Positions 29,873-40,017 of a DNA stretch of 64,000 bases are shown here, one piece after another; the first letter of the stretch is position 1; every line of letters begins with the position of its first letter. The notes under the pieces were generated by a model. The model ran no database searches and was not told the DNA's origin. It saw nothing but the letters and a program-made list of their open reading frames with translations. The DNA comes from an uncultured Gemmatimonadales bacterium (GTDB lineage: Bacteria > Gemmatimonadota > Gemmatimonadetes > Longimicrobiales > RSA9): positions 192,001-256,000 of the forward strand of contig CAWCRS010000002.1 in the NCBI GenBank assembly GCA_963798085.1, written 5' to 3'. Position numbers and translations under genes: made by a program.

Positions 29873-31023
29873 CACGCGCGGGCATCGTCTTCGCCAACCT
29901 GCGGCGTCGCAAGCGGCGCAGTGTACTGACCATGCTGGGCATCGCCATCGCGCTGTTCCTGTTCGTCATGCTGCGCTCGGTGCTGACCACACTGGCGGAT
30001 GCCGGACGGGTGGGCAGCGAGCAGCGGCTGGTGGTGCGCAACAAGCTCGGCATCGTGTTCCCGCTGCCGGATGCATATCGCGCGCGGCTGCAGTCCATGC
30101 CGGGTGTCAGCGCTGTGAGCTGGTGCGAACTGGTTCGGCGGCGTGTACGTCGAGCCGCGCAATTTCTTTGCGCAGTTCGCCATCAATGCAGAGACGTTCC
30201 TGCCGCTCTATCCGGAGATCGTGATGCCGGAGGAACAGAAGCAGGCGTTCATGCGCGAGCAGACGGCCGCGATTGTCGGGCGAGGCCTGATCGAACGCTT
30301 CGGCTGGAAGCTGGGGCAGACGATCAACCTGACGCGCCACCATCTACGATCCCGGCCGCGACTGGCCGTTCACCATTCGCGCGATCTACGACAGCGGCCG
30401 CAGGGCTTTCCCGACAATGCGATGTACTTCCACTACAAGCTATCTGGAGCAGGGTCTGGGCGCGAGTTTCGGCCAGGTGGGCACGTTCGTGCTCGGGCTG
30501 ACGGATCCGTCGAACGCGGCGGAGATCGCGGCGGCGATCGATGCGTCCTACGAGAATTCGTCGGCCGCGACCAGGACGGAAACGGAAAGCGCGTACAATC
30601 TCGGTTTCGTCGGGCTCTACGGTAACATCGGGTTCTTTCTCAACACCATCGGCATGGCAGTAGTGTTTGCCATCCTGCTGGTGGCAGCGAACACCATGGC
30701 GCATGTCGGCACGCGAGCGCATCCCGGAAGTCGCAGTGCTCAAGACGTGGGCTTCAGTGACGCGGCCGGTCTTCCGGCTGGTGCTGGCGGAGGCGTTCGC
30801 CATTGCCTTTACCGGCATGGTGCTGGGTCTGGGCGGTGCACTGCTGGTGTTCAACCTGCGCAACTTCAACGTTTTCGGCTTCATCCCCGGCATGTCCGTG
30901 GCCACGCGCACGGTCATGCTCACGGTCGGTATCACTGTACTGTTAGCATTGGCCAGCGGTCTGCTGCCGGCACGCGCGGCCAGCCGGCTCAAGGTCATCC
31001 AGGCGCTGAGGCACGTGGCATGA
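29869..31023 (+). CDS. ABC transporter permease, MacB/FtsX-like (several frameshifts)
   Basis: [52 protein letters not shown], spread over several frames. Confidence 0.82.
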
Positions 31024-32190
31024 AGATTCCACTGATCTACAACATCCGCAGCCTGCGGCAACGCCTGACGACGGCGGCCGCCACGCTGATCGGCATTGCG
31101 CTGGTGGTGGTCACCTTCGTGGGCATGCTCGCGCTGGCCACGGGCTTCAGCGCCGCGATGGTGCGCACCGGTCGCGCCGACAATGTGCTGGTGATGCGCA
31201 AGGGCTCGACCAGCGAACTGACCAGCGGCATCACGCGCGACCATGCATTCGATCATCAAGGGGCTGCCGCAGGTGGCGAAGGCTGCGGACGGCTCGCCGC
31301 TCGTCACGGCCAATGTGTACGTGGTGGTCACCATGAACCGCAGTGTGGGCGGCTCGGGTGAGGCGAACGTGCCGGTGCGTGGCGTCGACTTCGCCGCCTT
31401 CCAGGTGCGCGACCAGGTGAAAATTACGGAGGGCCGCGCATTCCAGCCGGGGCGTCCGGAAGTCATCATTGGCGCAGGCATTGCCCGCCGCATTGCCGGC
31501 GCGCAGGTGGGCGACACGATCAAGCTGGGCACCGGCCGCTTCGCCGTGGTCGGTCATTTCACGGCGGATGGCGGCGCCTTCGAGTCGGAGATCTGGGGCG
31601 AGAACGAACAGCTCATGGGCGTGTTCCGCGGCCCGGTGTTCGAGTCCATCACGTTCCGCCTCGCGGATCCTGCCGGCTTCGACCAGGCGAAATCAGCGGT
31701 GGAAAGCGATCCTCGCCTCACGCTCGAGGCGCACCATGAGGATGAATTCTTTCGCGGGCAGTCCGTGTTACTGTCCAACGTGCTGCGCTTCGTCGCCATC
31801 TTCGTGACCAGCATCATGGCCATCGGCGCCGTGTTCGGCGCCATCAACACAATGGATACGATGGTCAGCGCGCGCTCGCGCGAGATCGCACTGCTGCTGA
31901 CGCTCGGCTTCAAGCCACGCAGCGTGATGGCTTCGTTCCTCACGGAGTCCGTGCTGCTGGCCTTCGCCGGCGGCGTGGTCGGCTGTCTGCTGGCACTGCC
32001 GCTCAACGGCGTAACCACCAGCACCACCAACTTCCAGTCCTTCGCGGAGCTGGCCTTCAGCGTGCGCGTCACGCCCGGTGTCATGCTGCAGGGCCTGATA
32101 TTCGCCGTGCTGATGGGCCTGATCGGCGGCTTCCTGCCCGCACGCCACGCCGCCCGCCAGGTCATCGCTGTCGCACTCCGAAAGGCCTGA
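31020..32190 (+). CDS. ABC transporter permease, MacB/FtsX-like (frameshift near 31245)
   Basis: [48 protein letters not shown]. Confidence 0.88.
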
Positions 32191-32238
32191 TTCACCGCGA
32201 GAGCACGCGGAGGACGCGGAGGGCCGAGGCGTTTGCGC

Positions 32239-32274
32239 TACGCCATGCGCTGCATTTCACTGGCGCATGGCGTA
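32239..32274. terminator. Hairpin downstream of the ABC operon
   Basis: 12-bp stem tacgccatgcgc/gcgcatggcgta. Confidence 0.5.
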
Positions 32275-32474
32275 ATGCGGATGGGAATTCCGGATTTCAT
32301 CTTCGCGCGGTGAACAGCGGCGTACGGGATGGAAACGGGTTTCTTGGTTTCAACGGAAACGGATTCAGGCGGGCGGTGCATCCGGGTGGTGCGCATTTCA
32401 CCGGCGTCACGGGAATCGATGTTTCCGTCGCCATCCAAACCAGGAATCCGTTTCCTCCGCGTGCGTCTCGGCGC

Positions 32475-33788
32475 TCACCGCGCCCTCTGCGCTGAAGAGA
32501 GCGTGCGGGCGAGGCTGTCGAGGAGCGCGATGGGGAGGGGCGCGCGGAGGATGATCGTGGCGTCGGGCAGGCGCGCGACGGACGTGGTAACAGGGAGTTT
32601 GGCCTGATCCTTTTCAGCGGGCGCCGCGGGCGGGCGCTGCGCGCCAGCCCCGCCGGCCGTGCCGGCGCCTCGGAAGTCGCCTTCGGCAAGCGCACTCTGC
32701 GCGGGCGAGCGCGGCCATTGCAGCAGCTCGATGGCGGTGCCGGAGCCTGTGTGCTGTACCAACCGCACGGCGGCGCCGTAGTCGGCAACACTCGCGGTCT
32801 GGATGGAGTCGATGGCCAGACCCTGGATGCTCGAGGGAGAACGGCCGAGCACGCGGGTCGCTTCCTCATGCGTGATGCTGCGCCATTGCGCCGCGGCCAG
32901 TACAGCCAGCATGTGCGACTCGATCGAGTCGGGGATGGCGCGCCCGACGGGGACTCTGTCTCCCTTGACACCGAGCCCGCTCAAGTCCGTCGCGTCCAAC
33001 GCCCGGCCATCACGGCGCTGCTGCGCCTGCTGGTCGGCGAGCTGGCGATTCGCACCCCCCGACGACGCCTGCGCCTGCTGCTGGAGCTGCGCCCGCAGTT
33101 CCACTGTCTTCGGTGGCGGAGCGGCCTGCTGCTGCACGGGCGGCGGTGCCGCCGCCATCTTGCCCTCCTGCTTCGCCGCCGTCCTGCCCTCCTCCTTCTC
33201 GAGTGCGCGCTGGCCCGCAATCTCTGCATCAGTGATGGCGTTCGCTGAAGCCGGTGCATTCGCGGCCACACCGGGCGCGGTCTCGTGGGCGCGGGTCTCA
33301 TCGCGTGCATTGCTGGCGGGCGGCACAGCGGTCGCGGGCGGCGCGGCTTTGCGATCGGCGCTTTCCTGCGTGCGATCGAGTGCCAGTACGGCCTCCGGTC
33401 GGGAGGCGCGCGGCAGGTATACGCGCGCGTACCACGTGGCGGTGAGGGCGAGCATGACGGTCGCCGCCAGCGTCAGCGGGATGTAGAACCGCCTGCCCGG
33501 CCGTCCGGCCGCATTGCCGGACCCGCCACGTGATGCGGAGGCCGCGACGCCTGCGTCCGTACGGCGGGCCGCAAGCATCTGTTCGAAAGTCCCGGTGCGC
33601 ACACCGGCGGGAGCCATGCGTCCAAGCAATTCGTTAGCGCGCTCCCGCACCTGCCGCTCCTGCTCGAGCTGCGCCCGGCACTGGGCGCAGGACGTGAAGT
33701 GCGACTCCAGCGTGGCGCGCTCCGGATCATCCTGACCCCAGGCGCCATCGAGGTACGCGTGCATGCGTCCTTCATCCACGTGCGACAT
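32475..33788 (-). CDS. Zinc-finger (ZAS) anti-sigma factor with large extracytoplasmic region
   Basis: MSHVDEGRMHAYLDG..HFTSCAQC; TM IPLTLAATVMLALTATW; overlaps the sigma gene stop. Confidence 0.85.
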   Translation of the reverse strand: MSHVDEGRMHAYLDGAWGQDDPERATLESHFTSCAQCRAQLEQERQVRERANELLGRMAPAGVRTGTFEQMLAARRTDAGVAASASRGGSGNAAGRPGRRFYIPLTLAATVMLALTATWYARVYLPRASRPEAVLALDRTQESADRKAAPPATAVPPASNARDETRAHETAPGVAANAPASANAITDAEIAGQRALEKEEGRTAAKQEGKMAAAPPPVQQQAAPPPKTVELRAQLQQQAQASSGGANRQLADQQAQQRRDGRALDATDLSGLGVKGDRVPVGRAIPDSIESHMLAVLAAAQWRSITHEEATRVLGRSPSSIQGLAIDSIQTASVADYGAAVRLVQHTGSGTAIELLQWPRSPAQSALAEGDFRGAGTAGGAGAQRPPAAPAEKDQAKLPVTTSVARLPDATIILRAPLPIALLDSLARTLSSAQRAR

Positions 33789-34287
33789 GACTTCCCTCCG
33801 CGCCCTGCGCCGCATCGTGCGCGGCGACCAGGCGTTTTCTGGCTCGCGAGAGCGTGGTGCCGATGGCGCCCACGGCGAGACCGGTCTGCTGCGCGATTTC
33901 CACGTAATTGAAGCCGGCATCCCAGAGCAGCAGCACTTCGCGGTCGCGCTCACTCAGCTGCTCCAGTGCGTTGCGCGCCGCCTGCTCTCTTTCACGGCGA
34001 TCCATTGCGTCCACGGGATCGGGGGCCGGATCGGCTTCGTCGCTTTCGGCCTTGATCAGTGTCAGGTGCCGGCGCCGGCGCAGGGTCGAGCGCACTTCGT
34101 CGTGCGCGAGATTCGTGGCCACGCGAAACAGCCACGCCCGCGGGTTGTCAGGCTGATCGTCGAGTACGCGCACGAACGCCTCCTGCGCCAGGTCCTGGGC
34201 CCGCTCCGCATCCCACACCTTGCGGTAGAGGTAGCGGACGAGGGCCGTCCAGTTCGTGCGGTACACTTCCGCCCAGTCGGTGCTCAC
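33772..34287 (-). CDS. ECF RNA polymerase sigma factor
   Basis: AQDLAQEAFVR..AWLFRVATNL; LSERDREVLLLWDAGFNYVEIA..GTTLSRARKRL; GTG start at 34287. Confidence 0.93.
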   Translation of the reverse strand: MSTDWAEVYRTNWTALVRYLYRKVWDAERAQDLAQEAFVRVLDDQPDNPRAWLFRVATNLAHDEVRSTLRRRRHLTLIKAESDEADPAPDPVDAMDRREREQAARNALEQLSERDREVLLLWDAGFNYVEIAQQTGLAVGAIGTTLSRARKRLVAAHDAAQGAEGSHVARG

Positions 34288-34357
34288 GCTTCGCCGGTCT
34301 CGCGCTCGTTCGAACGGGGACGACGCCACCAGGGCACCGCCCCCGACTGCTCGAACG

Positions 34358-36637
34358 TTATCGGGCGCGGAACTGCTGGACCACCCCCGCCAGCTCGGCA
34401 TCGCTCAAACGTGTGCTGCCACCCGCCGTCAGCTCGATGGCGACGTTCCTGCCCATCACGACCACGTGGTCGAACGCCGTCCAGTACGGCTGCAGCTCGG
34501 GCAGCGCGCGCAGCAGCGCGAAGTACGCGTCGCTGAATGGGTCGATGCGCACGGTCTTCGCGCCACTCTGCAGGCCCGCATCCTTCCAGCTGCCATCGCT
34601 CTGACGCGTGAAGCTGCGTCCCGCGACGGTCTGTGCAGCGAGATCGCGACGATTGCCCTCGTCCTTCCGGTAGCCCTGCACCTGCTGCTGCGCGGATTCC
34701 TGCGCCTGCTTCACGTCCTGCAGCGTCTTCGCTTCGCGCGAGCGCTGCGACTGCACCGCATCCATCACGGCCTGCTGACCCTGCTGCGACGCAGGCGGCG
34801 CCGCCGCGACACGGGCGGACAGGCCACCCGCACCCGGTGCGTTCTGGGCGCGCAGCAGTTCCGGCTCCTGCACCAGGTACGATGTGTACGCGCTCAGCAG
34901 CCCGTAGCGCAGCGCCGTCTGGCGGATCTCGTCGACCAGCTCGGGATTCGCGCCGTTCAGCCTGATGTCCTGTTCGAGCGCGCCGATCTTGCGGCTGGCC
35001 CAGAGGCGAGGAATGAAGTCGTTGCCCGTCTCGTGCGCCGGGAACGTGGCGCGCACCGTGTAACGCTCGCTCCGACCATTGCGCTGGCCGCCGATGGCCA
35101 GGTCACCACTTACGTCGCCCGTCGCGCGCTCGGCATGGTAGCGGCCGAAGATCACCAGATCCTCACCCGCGAACAGATCGGGCAGCTTGCGCGGGTAGAT
35201 CTCGTCGAAGCGCACGGGTGAACCCGCGATGTCGAGATCCGCGAGGACCGGGTGGCGGATCTTGGTCGTCAGGCTGCCCAGCGCCGCTTCCACATCCTCG
35301 CCCGGCTGCACGTACTGCGTGCTGCCGCGGCCGGCGGCGCCCAGCCTGTCGAGCAGATACGTATTCACATCGTAGCCCACGCCGAATGCGAACACGCGTG
35401 TTCTGCCGGCTTCGTGCTCGGCCTGCTGCGCAATGCGCTCGGGATTGGTCTCGCCCGCGGAGGGCAGACCATCGGTCACGAAGACGACGACGGGTAAACG
35501 GCTGTCAGGCGACGATGCCCGGAACGCTTCCGTCAGAGCGCCGGCAATGTTGGTGCCGCCTTCCGCGCGCAGCTCGTCGACCCAGCGCAGGCCCTCGCGC
35601 ACCTGGTCCGCCGTGGCCACAGTCCAGTCCTCACGCCAAGTGGTGACGCCGCTGCTGAAGCGGATCAGGCGGAAGCGGTCGCGCCGGTCCAGCGACTGCA
35701 GCAGCTGGCGCAGTGCGGAGCGCGCCTGCTCGATTTTCTCCCCGGACATTGAACCGGAGACGTCGACTACCGCCGTGATGTCGCGGGGCACCTGCGATTC
35801 CGCCGCTTCTCCCGGCGACAGTGTCAGCATGAAGTAGCCGTCCTCGCCGGACGGCCGGTGTGTGGCGAGCGTCAGGCCAATGGCACGCTCCGCCAGCGGC
35901 AGGAAGAGGGCGAGGTCGCCTTCCAGCGCGCCCGCGGGCCGCACCACCATGTGGCCCGCCTCACGCGTCACACGCAGCTCGTGCGTGGGTGAGAACGCAT
36001 CGCGGAACAACTCGCCGTTATCCGCGGTCAGCATGAACGTGAGCGGCGCACTGGCGGGCAGGGTCTGCACGCCCGGCGCGTGCTCGCTGCCCGGTGGCAC
36101 GATGCCGCCGAAACGGCCGCCCGCCGCGTAGCGGAACTGCACCGCATCGCCGGCGCGCTGCAGCAGCTGGGTGTAACGCAGCGTTATCTTGCGCGTCTCA
36201 CCGGGGTTGATGGGGAACACGCGCGCACGCACCAGCCCGTGGCCCACCAGCTCGATGAGCGCCGGATCGCGCTTCTTGCGCACGATCTCCTCGTAGATGC
36301 TGCGCGCACGGTCCGCATCCATGGTCTCGCCGCGAAGCTCCTGATCGCCCTGGAACAGCGAAAAGTTGCTGAACACGGCTTCGCCCGGCAGCGGGTAGAT
36401 GTAGTCGCCTTCACCCAGCGGATTGCGCCCGGAATTGCGGAACCACTCCTCCACTTCGACCTGTGCCACGCGATCCGTCACGTGCACCTGTACGCTCGTG
36501 CGCACCTTCACCACCCCCGGATCCGAACGCCCCGGCGGCGGCTCGATCCACCCCTGTGCATGTGCCTGTTTGCTCAACGGGAAGATCGCGAGCAGCGGCA
36601 GCAGCGCCGCGAACCGTGACAGACTGCGTCGTCGCAT
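34358..36637 (-). CDS. VIT and von Willebrand factor A domain protein (secreted)
   Basis: Signal peptide; VIT (EGDYIYPLP..YEEIVRKKRDPALIE); vWA MIDAS DVSGSM, GGTNI, VTDG; RLWASRKIG. Confidence 0.92.
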   Translation of the reverse strand: MRRRSLSRFAALLPLLAIFPLSKQAHAQGWIEPPPGRSDPGVVKVRTSVQVHVTDRVAQVEVEEWFRNSGRNPLGEGDYIYPLPGEAVFSNFSLFQGDQELRGETMDADRARSIYEEIVRKKRDPALIELVGHGLVRARVFPINPGETRKITLRYTQLLQRAGDAVQFRYAAGGRFGGIVPPGSEHAPGVQTLPASAPLTFMLTADNGELFRDAFSPTHELRVTREAGHMVVRPAGALEGDLALFLPLAERAIGLTLATHRPSGEDGYFMLTLSPGEAAESQVPRDITAVVDVSGSMSGEKIEQARSALRQLLQSLDRRDRFRLIRFSSGVTTWREDWTVATADQVREGLRWVDELRAEGGTNIAGALTEAFRASSPDSRLPVVVFVTDGLPSAGETNPERIAQQAEHEAGRTRVFAFGVGYDVNTYLLDRLGAAGRGSTQYVQPGEDVEAALGSLTTKIRHPVLADLDIAGSPVRFDEIYPRKLPDLFAGEDLVIFGRYHAERATGDVSGDLAIGGQRNGRSERYTVRATFPAHETGNDFIPRLWASRKIGALEQDIRLNGANPELVDEIRQTALRYGLLSAYTSYLVQEPELLRAQNAPGAGGLSARVAAAPPASQQGQQAVMDAVQSQRSREAKTLQDVKQAQESAQQQVQGYRKDEGNRRDLAAQTVAGRSFTRQSDGSWKDAGLQSGAKTVRIDPFSDAYFALLRALPELQPYWTAFDHVVVMGRNVAIELTAGGSTRLSDAELAGVVQQFRAR

Positions 36638-36730
36638 GATGCTCCTCCAGCCAGAATCGTGGTTGCGTTCCAACCGGGATGACGGCTGGGGCCGGAGGAG
36701 TTGCACAGGTGGGCGCCTGCGGCGCCCGTT

Positions 36731-37023
36731 TCTGGGCTGGGGCTGGGGCTCGGGCTGGGGTTAACCTGTCGGACCGTCCTGGCATTCTTGCGATGCGCGC
36801 CAAACGCTCATGGTGAAGACGCGCACGGCTATCGACGGACCGGTCTTCATTCCTGTGCGGGTCGCGGCGCTGTCGAAACCGGCCGGAAGGAAAGAACGCC
36901 AAGCTGGTCCGATAGCCTGCAGAGTGGGGCGGCGTTGCTGGGTCCGAGCAACCAGCCCCAGCAACGCCATTGATCCGTGTCTGTTTCCGAGCAACCAGCC
37001 GGAGCAACCAGCCCCGGCAACGA
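36731..37023. repeat. Intergenic REP-like repeat cluster
   Basis: gggctggggctggggctcgggctgggg at 36734-36760; palindrome ggcgttgctggg..cccagcaacgcc at 36931-36968; tandem gagcaaccagcc copies to 37023. Confidence 0.65.
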
Positions 37024-37026
37024 AAT

Positions 37027-39855
37027 TCAATTCGTCGCGGGTTTCGTCGACGATGCACCCCCCAGCATGACGCCATTGAAAAGCAGTTTGAACGTGGCAT
37101 GCGGCTGGCCGCGGAAGGCGACCTCGGGACCGAGCAGCATGACGCGGCCCTTGCCCAGAGTGGCATCGACGATGGCGGTGCCGCCGTCGAGGTATTCCTG
37201 GCCCCAGGCCCAGCCGCTGTCCAGCACCTTGGGGCTGGCGAACCAGGCCACAGGCGAGGCGTGTTTGAGCGCGGCGTCAGGGCTCATGCGGAAAACAGGA
37301 CTGTTATCGAACACCACATTGACGGTCGAAGGCATGCCGTACGCCAGCGGGTCGGTGTTGTCCACGCTCACGCGCAGCAGTGAGCCGGGGATGTAGAACT
37401 TCTCGGGTGGCAGCGGCTGCTCGCGACCATTGTGGTCCAGTTCGGTGAGGTAGTCGCTGACGGGCAGGCCCAGCAGCTGGCCCATTCCGGTCGAGCTGCC
37501 AATGCTGACCACCGCGCCGCCGGCTTCGACGAACCGGCGCAGCTGCGGAATCGTACGATCTTCGCTGATGCGGCCCAGCCAGCCGCGGTACTCGGCCGGG
37601 ATGCTGGCGGGATCGGTGCTCGTGCCGTCGCCGCCGCTGCCCGCACGCATTTCGCCCGCGGCACTCTCGCCACGCGCGCGGCGGAACGCGCCATCCGTGA
37701 ATACGAGGACGTCGTACTTGTTCTGCAGATTGCCGGCATCGAGTGTCTGCGGATACACCAGCTCGCAGGGGAACTCGTACTGCTCGAAGAGCCAGCGCGC
37801 CCAGCCGGTGGGCATGAGGCCGCCATAGATGTCGACCAGCCCGATGCGCACCGGCTTGAGCTTGATCGCCGTCTGTATGGCGCGCGCCGCACCATGCACG
37901 TCCACACCCAGTTCTTTTGCGGCGCGCTCCAGTATGGGCCTGCCCGCCGTGCACGCAGGCGTCCAGATGGTGCCTGTTCCCAGGTCCACATGCTCGTCGG
38001 TTTCAGCGCCGGGCAGCCAGTATACATCGCAGCCCGCCTTGAGCAGCCGGTTCACGACAATGAACGAATTGTTAGTCTCATGGCTGATCAAGTAGCCGGC
38101 GGCATTGGCTGGACCGGTCACGGTGCCGGCTGGCGGATCGACCAGACCGGTCAGCTTCGTGAACGGTCCGTCGAACGGATCCAGCAGCCGGTCGTACTGC
38201 ACGCCCATCTGCATGGCCAGTGTCCAGCCCGTGATGTCATAGGGCGGGATGGGCGGACCGCCCGGATAACGGAAATCGTTGGGGTGATCCTGCGGCTCGA
38301 ACATGTCGAGCACGTGCGGGCGGTACGCCTGCGCCGTCTTCACCACGTAGGAACCTGCGGGATAGCTCTTGCCGCCCGCCTGGAAACCCGCGCTGGCGCG
38401 CTGTACCGTGATGCCGGTCTTGAGGAGCGCATTCACGAACTTCGTCGCGGTCGCGAAATCGGGCTGGTCCGCGGGAATGATGTAGCCGCGCGGATCGCGA
38501 TGCTGCGGATCGTGCAGCACGCTCTCGTAGAGCGATGCTGGCAGCGCGTTGCCGCCGCCGCGCAGCGCGGCATTCGCGGTGCGCCCCTGCGCCGCCGCCC
38601 GCAGCGCCTCGATGCGATCCGGTGTCACCGTCCAGGAATCGCGGCTGCCGCGCTCGATCGAGTTCATGCCCTTGCGGTACATGTCGTAGAGCAGCGTCTC
38701 GCGATTGCGTGATGCGTAGTCGAGCACCGCGCGGTTGATCTCGATCTCATAATCGATCGACTGCCGGTAGTGCCATTTCTGCGGCGGCACGGGATACGGC
38801 AGATCGCCTGTGGGCAGCTGCCGGTCCGCTACCAGCGGGATGTCGACGGGTGTGGGATTGCCGATAATCTCCGTGAGCAAGCCGATGGTGTTGTGGAAAT
38901 AGCCGATCGTGCGCAAGCCGCCGTTCCACCACGTCGAATAGTTCGAGTAGCTGCGCATGCCCGAACCCGGCATGCCCTCGGAAATCAGGCGGGCGTGCAT
39001 GGCGCTGGCCACCTGCTCGATCTGCACGGGAATGAGCGGATCGAAGTTGTAGTTGAAGGGATCGCGGAACGGTGGCATGAACACCACGCCGCCCGTGGCA
39101 TTGGGACCGGGCTGATGGTGGTTGTAGACGATCTGCGGGAACCACTCGAGGAACATGACGCGATTCATGTTCGTGGTTTCCGGCATGTTGGAGATGAAGA
39201 AGTCGCGGTTGTCGTCGTGGCCGATGTACTTGTTGTACAGGCGGGGCAGCGCATTCAGCGACCGCTTCGCCGGGTCCGACTCACGCATGTACCACTTCGC
39301 CACCATCTCCTGCCCGTCCGGATTCGCCTGCACGGCCAGCAGGATGTCATCATTCAGGAAACGCATCGTCTCGGGATCCGTGCGGCTGACCATCTGGTAG
39401 ACGGTCTCCATGATCTGCTGCGAGCCGACCGTCTCGCTGGCGTGCAGTCCGCCATCGATCCATACGACGGCCTTGCCTTCGCGCGCCAGCGCGTGCGCCT
39501 GGTCCTCGGTCAGACCTTCCGCGTGCGCGAGACGCGCGGAAATATCGCGATAGTGGTCGAGCTTCTTCAGATTCTCCGGCGAACTGATGATGGCCATGTA
39601 CTGGTGCCGGCCCTCTGCGGTCGGGCCCATGTCGACCAGCTTCATGCGGTCCGACTCCGCAGCCAGCTTCTTCCACCAGCCCTCCAGTTGCGTGTAGTTC
39701 GCCATCTGGTAGTCGTCACCCAGATTGAACCCGAGCGCCTGTTTCGGCGTGGTCACCTTGAGCGGCGCCTGCGCCCGCAGCGCGGACGTCTGCGCGGCCA
39801 GTGCCAGCAGCAGCGTGAGCAGCAGTGTCGATTGACGCGCGGCGCGTGCCTTCAT
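37027..39855 (-). CDS. M14 family metallopeptidase with C-terminal glutamine amidotransferase-like domain
   Basis: IDGGLHASE, ANPDG, GHDDNRD, YNHHQ, PYDITGWTL; signal peptide. Confidence 0.92.
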   Translation of the reverse strand: MKARAARQSTLLLTLLLALAAQTSALRAQAPLKVTTPKQALGFNLGDDYQMANYTQLEGWWKKLAAESDRMKLVDMGPTAEGRHQYMAIISSPENLKKLDHYRDISARLAHAEGLTEDQAHALAREGKAVVWIDGGLHASETVGSQQIMETVYQMVSRTDPETMRFLNDDILLAVQANPDGQEMVAKWYMRESDPAKRSLNALPRLYNKYIGHDDNRDFFISNMPETTNMNRVMFLEWFPQIVYNHHQPGPNATGGVVFMPPFRDPFNYNFDPLIPVQIEQVASAMHARLISEGMPGSGMRSYSNYSTWWNGGLRTIGYFHNTIGLLTEIIGNPTPVDIPLVADRQLPTGDLPYPVPPQKWHYRQSIDYEIEINRAVLDYASRNRETLLYDMYRKGMNSIERGSRDSWTVTPDRIEALRAAAQGRTANAALRGGGNALPASLYESVLHDPQHRDPRGYIIPADQPDFATATKFVNALLKTGITVQRASAGFQAGGKSYPAGSYVVKTAQAYRPHVLDMFEPQDHPNDFRYPGGPPIPPYDITGWTLAMQMGVQYDRLLDPFDGPFTKLTGLVDPPAGTVTGPANAAGYLISHETNNSFIVVNRLLKAGCDVYWLPGAETDEHVDLGTGTIWTPACTAGRPILERAAKELGVDVHGAARAIQTAIKLKPVRIGLVDIYGGLMPTGWARWLFEQYEFPCELVYPQTLDAGNLQNKYDVLVFTDGAFRRARGESAAGEMRAGSGGDGTSTDPASIPAEYRGWLGRISEDRTIPQLRRFVEAGGAVVSIGSSTGMGQLLGLPVSDYLTELDHNGREQPLPPEKFYIPGSLLRVSVDNTDPLAYGMPSTVNVVFDNSPVFRMSPDAALKHASPVAWFASPKVLDSGWAWGQEYLDGGTAIVDATLGKGRVMLLGPEVAFRGQPHATFKLLFNGVMLGGASSTKPATN

Positions 39856-40017
39856 GGATCGCCTCCGGGCGGGCGTGGTGGATCCCTAACGTGATATTGT
39901 GCGGACCGCTCGCGGCGCAGTGCCGACCCGCGGGCCTCGCCGGTGACTGACCGTTGCCGGCCGGCCGGCGCGGCGCAGCATTCGAGGAAGCGGGCGTTTG
40001 CGAGTGTGCGTCGGAGT

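Noticed and set aside
29182..30501. Apparent ATPase-permease fusion of 439 aa
   Set aside because: Produced by a frameshift near 29755. The ATPase H-loop is in another frame that stops at the ATGA overlap (29869-29872).
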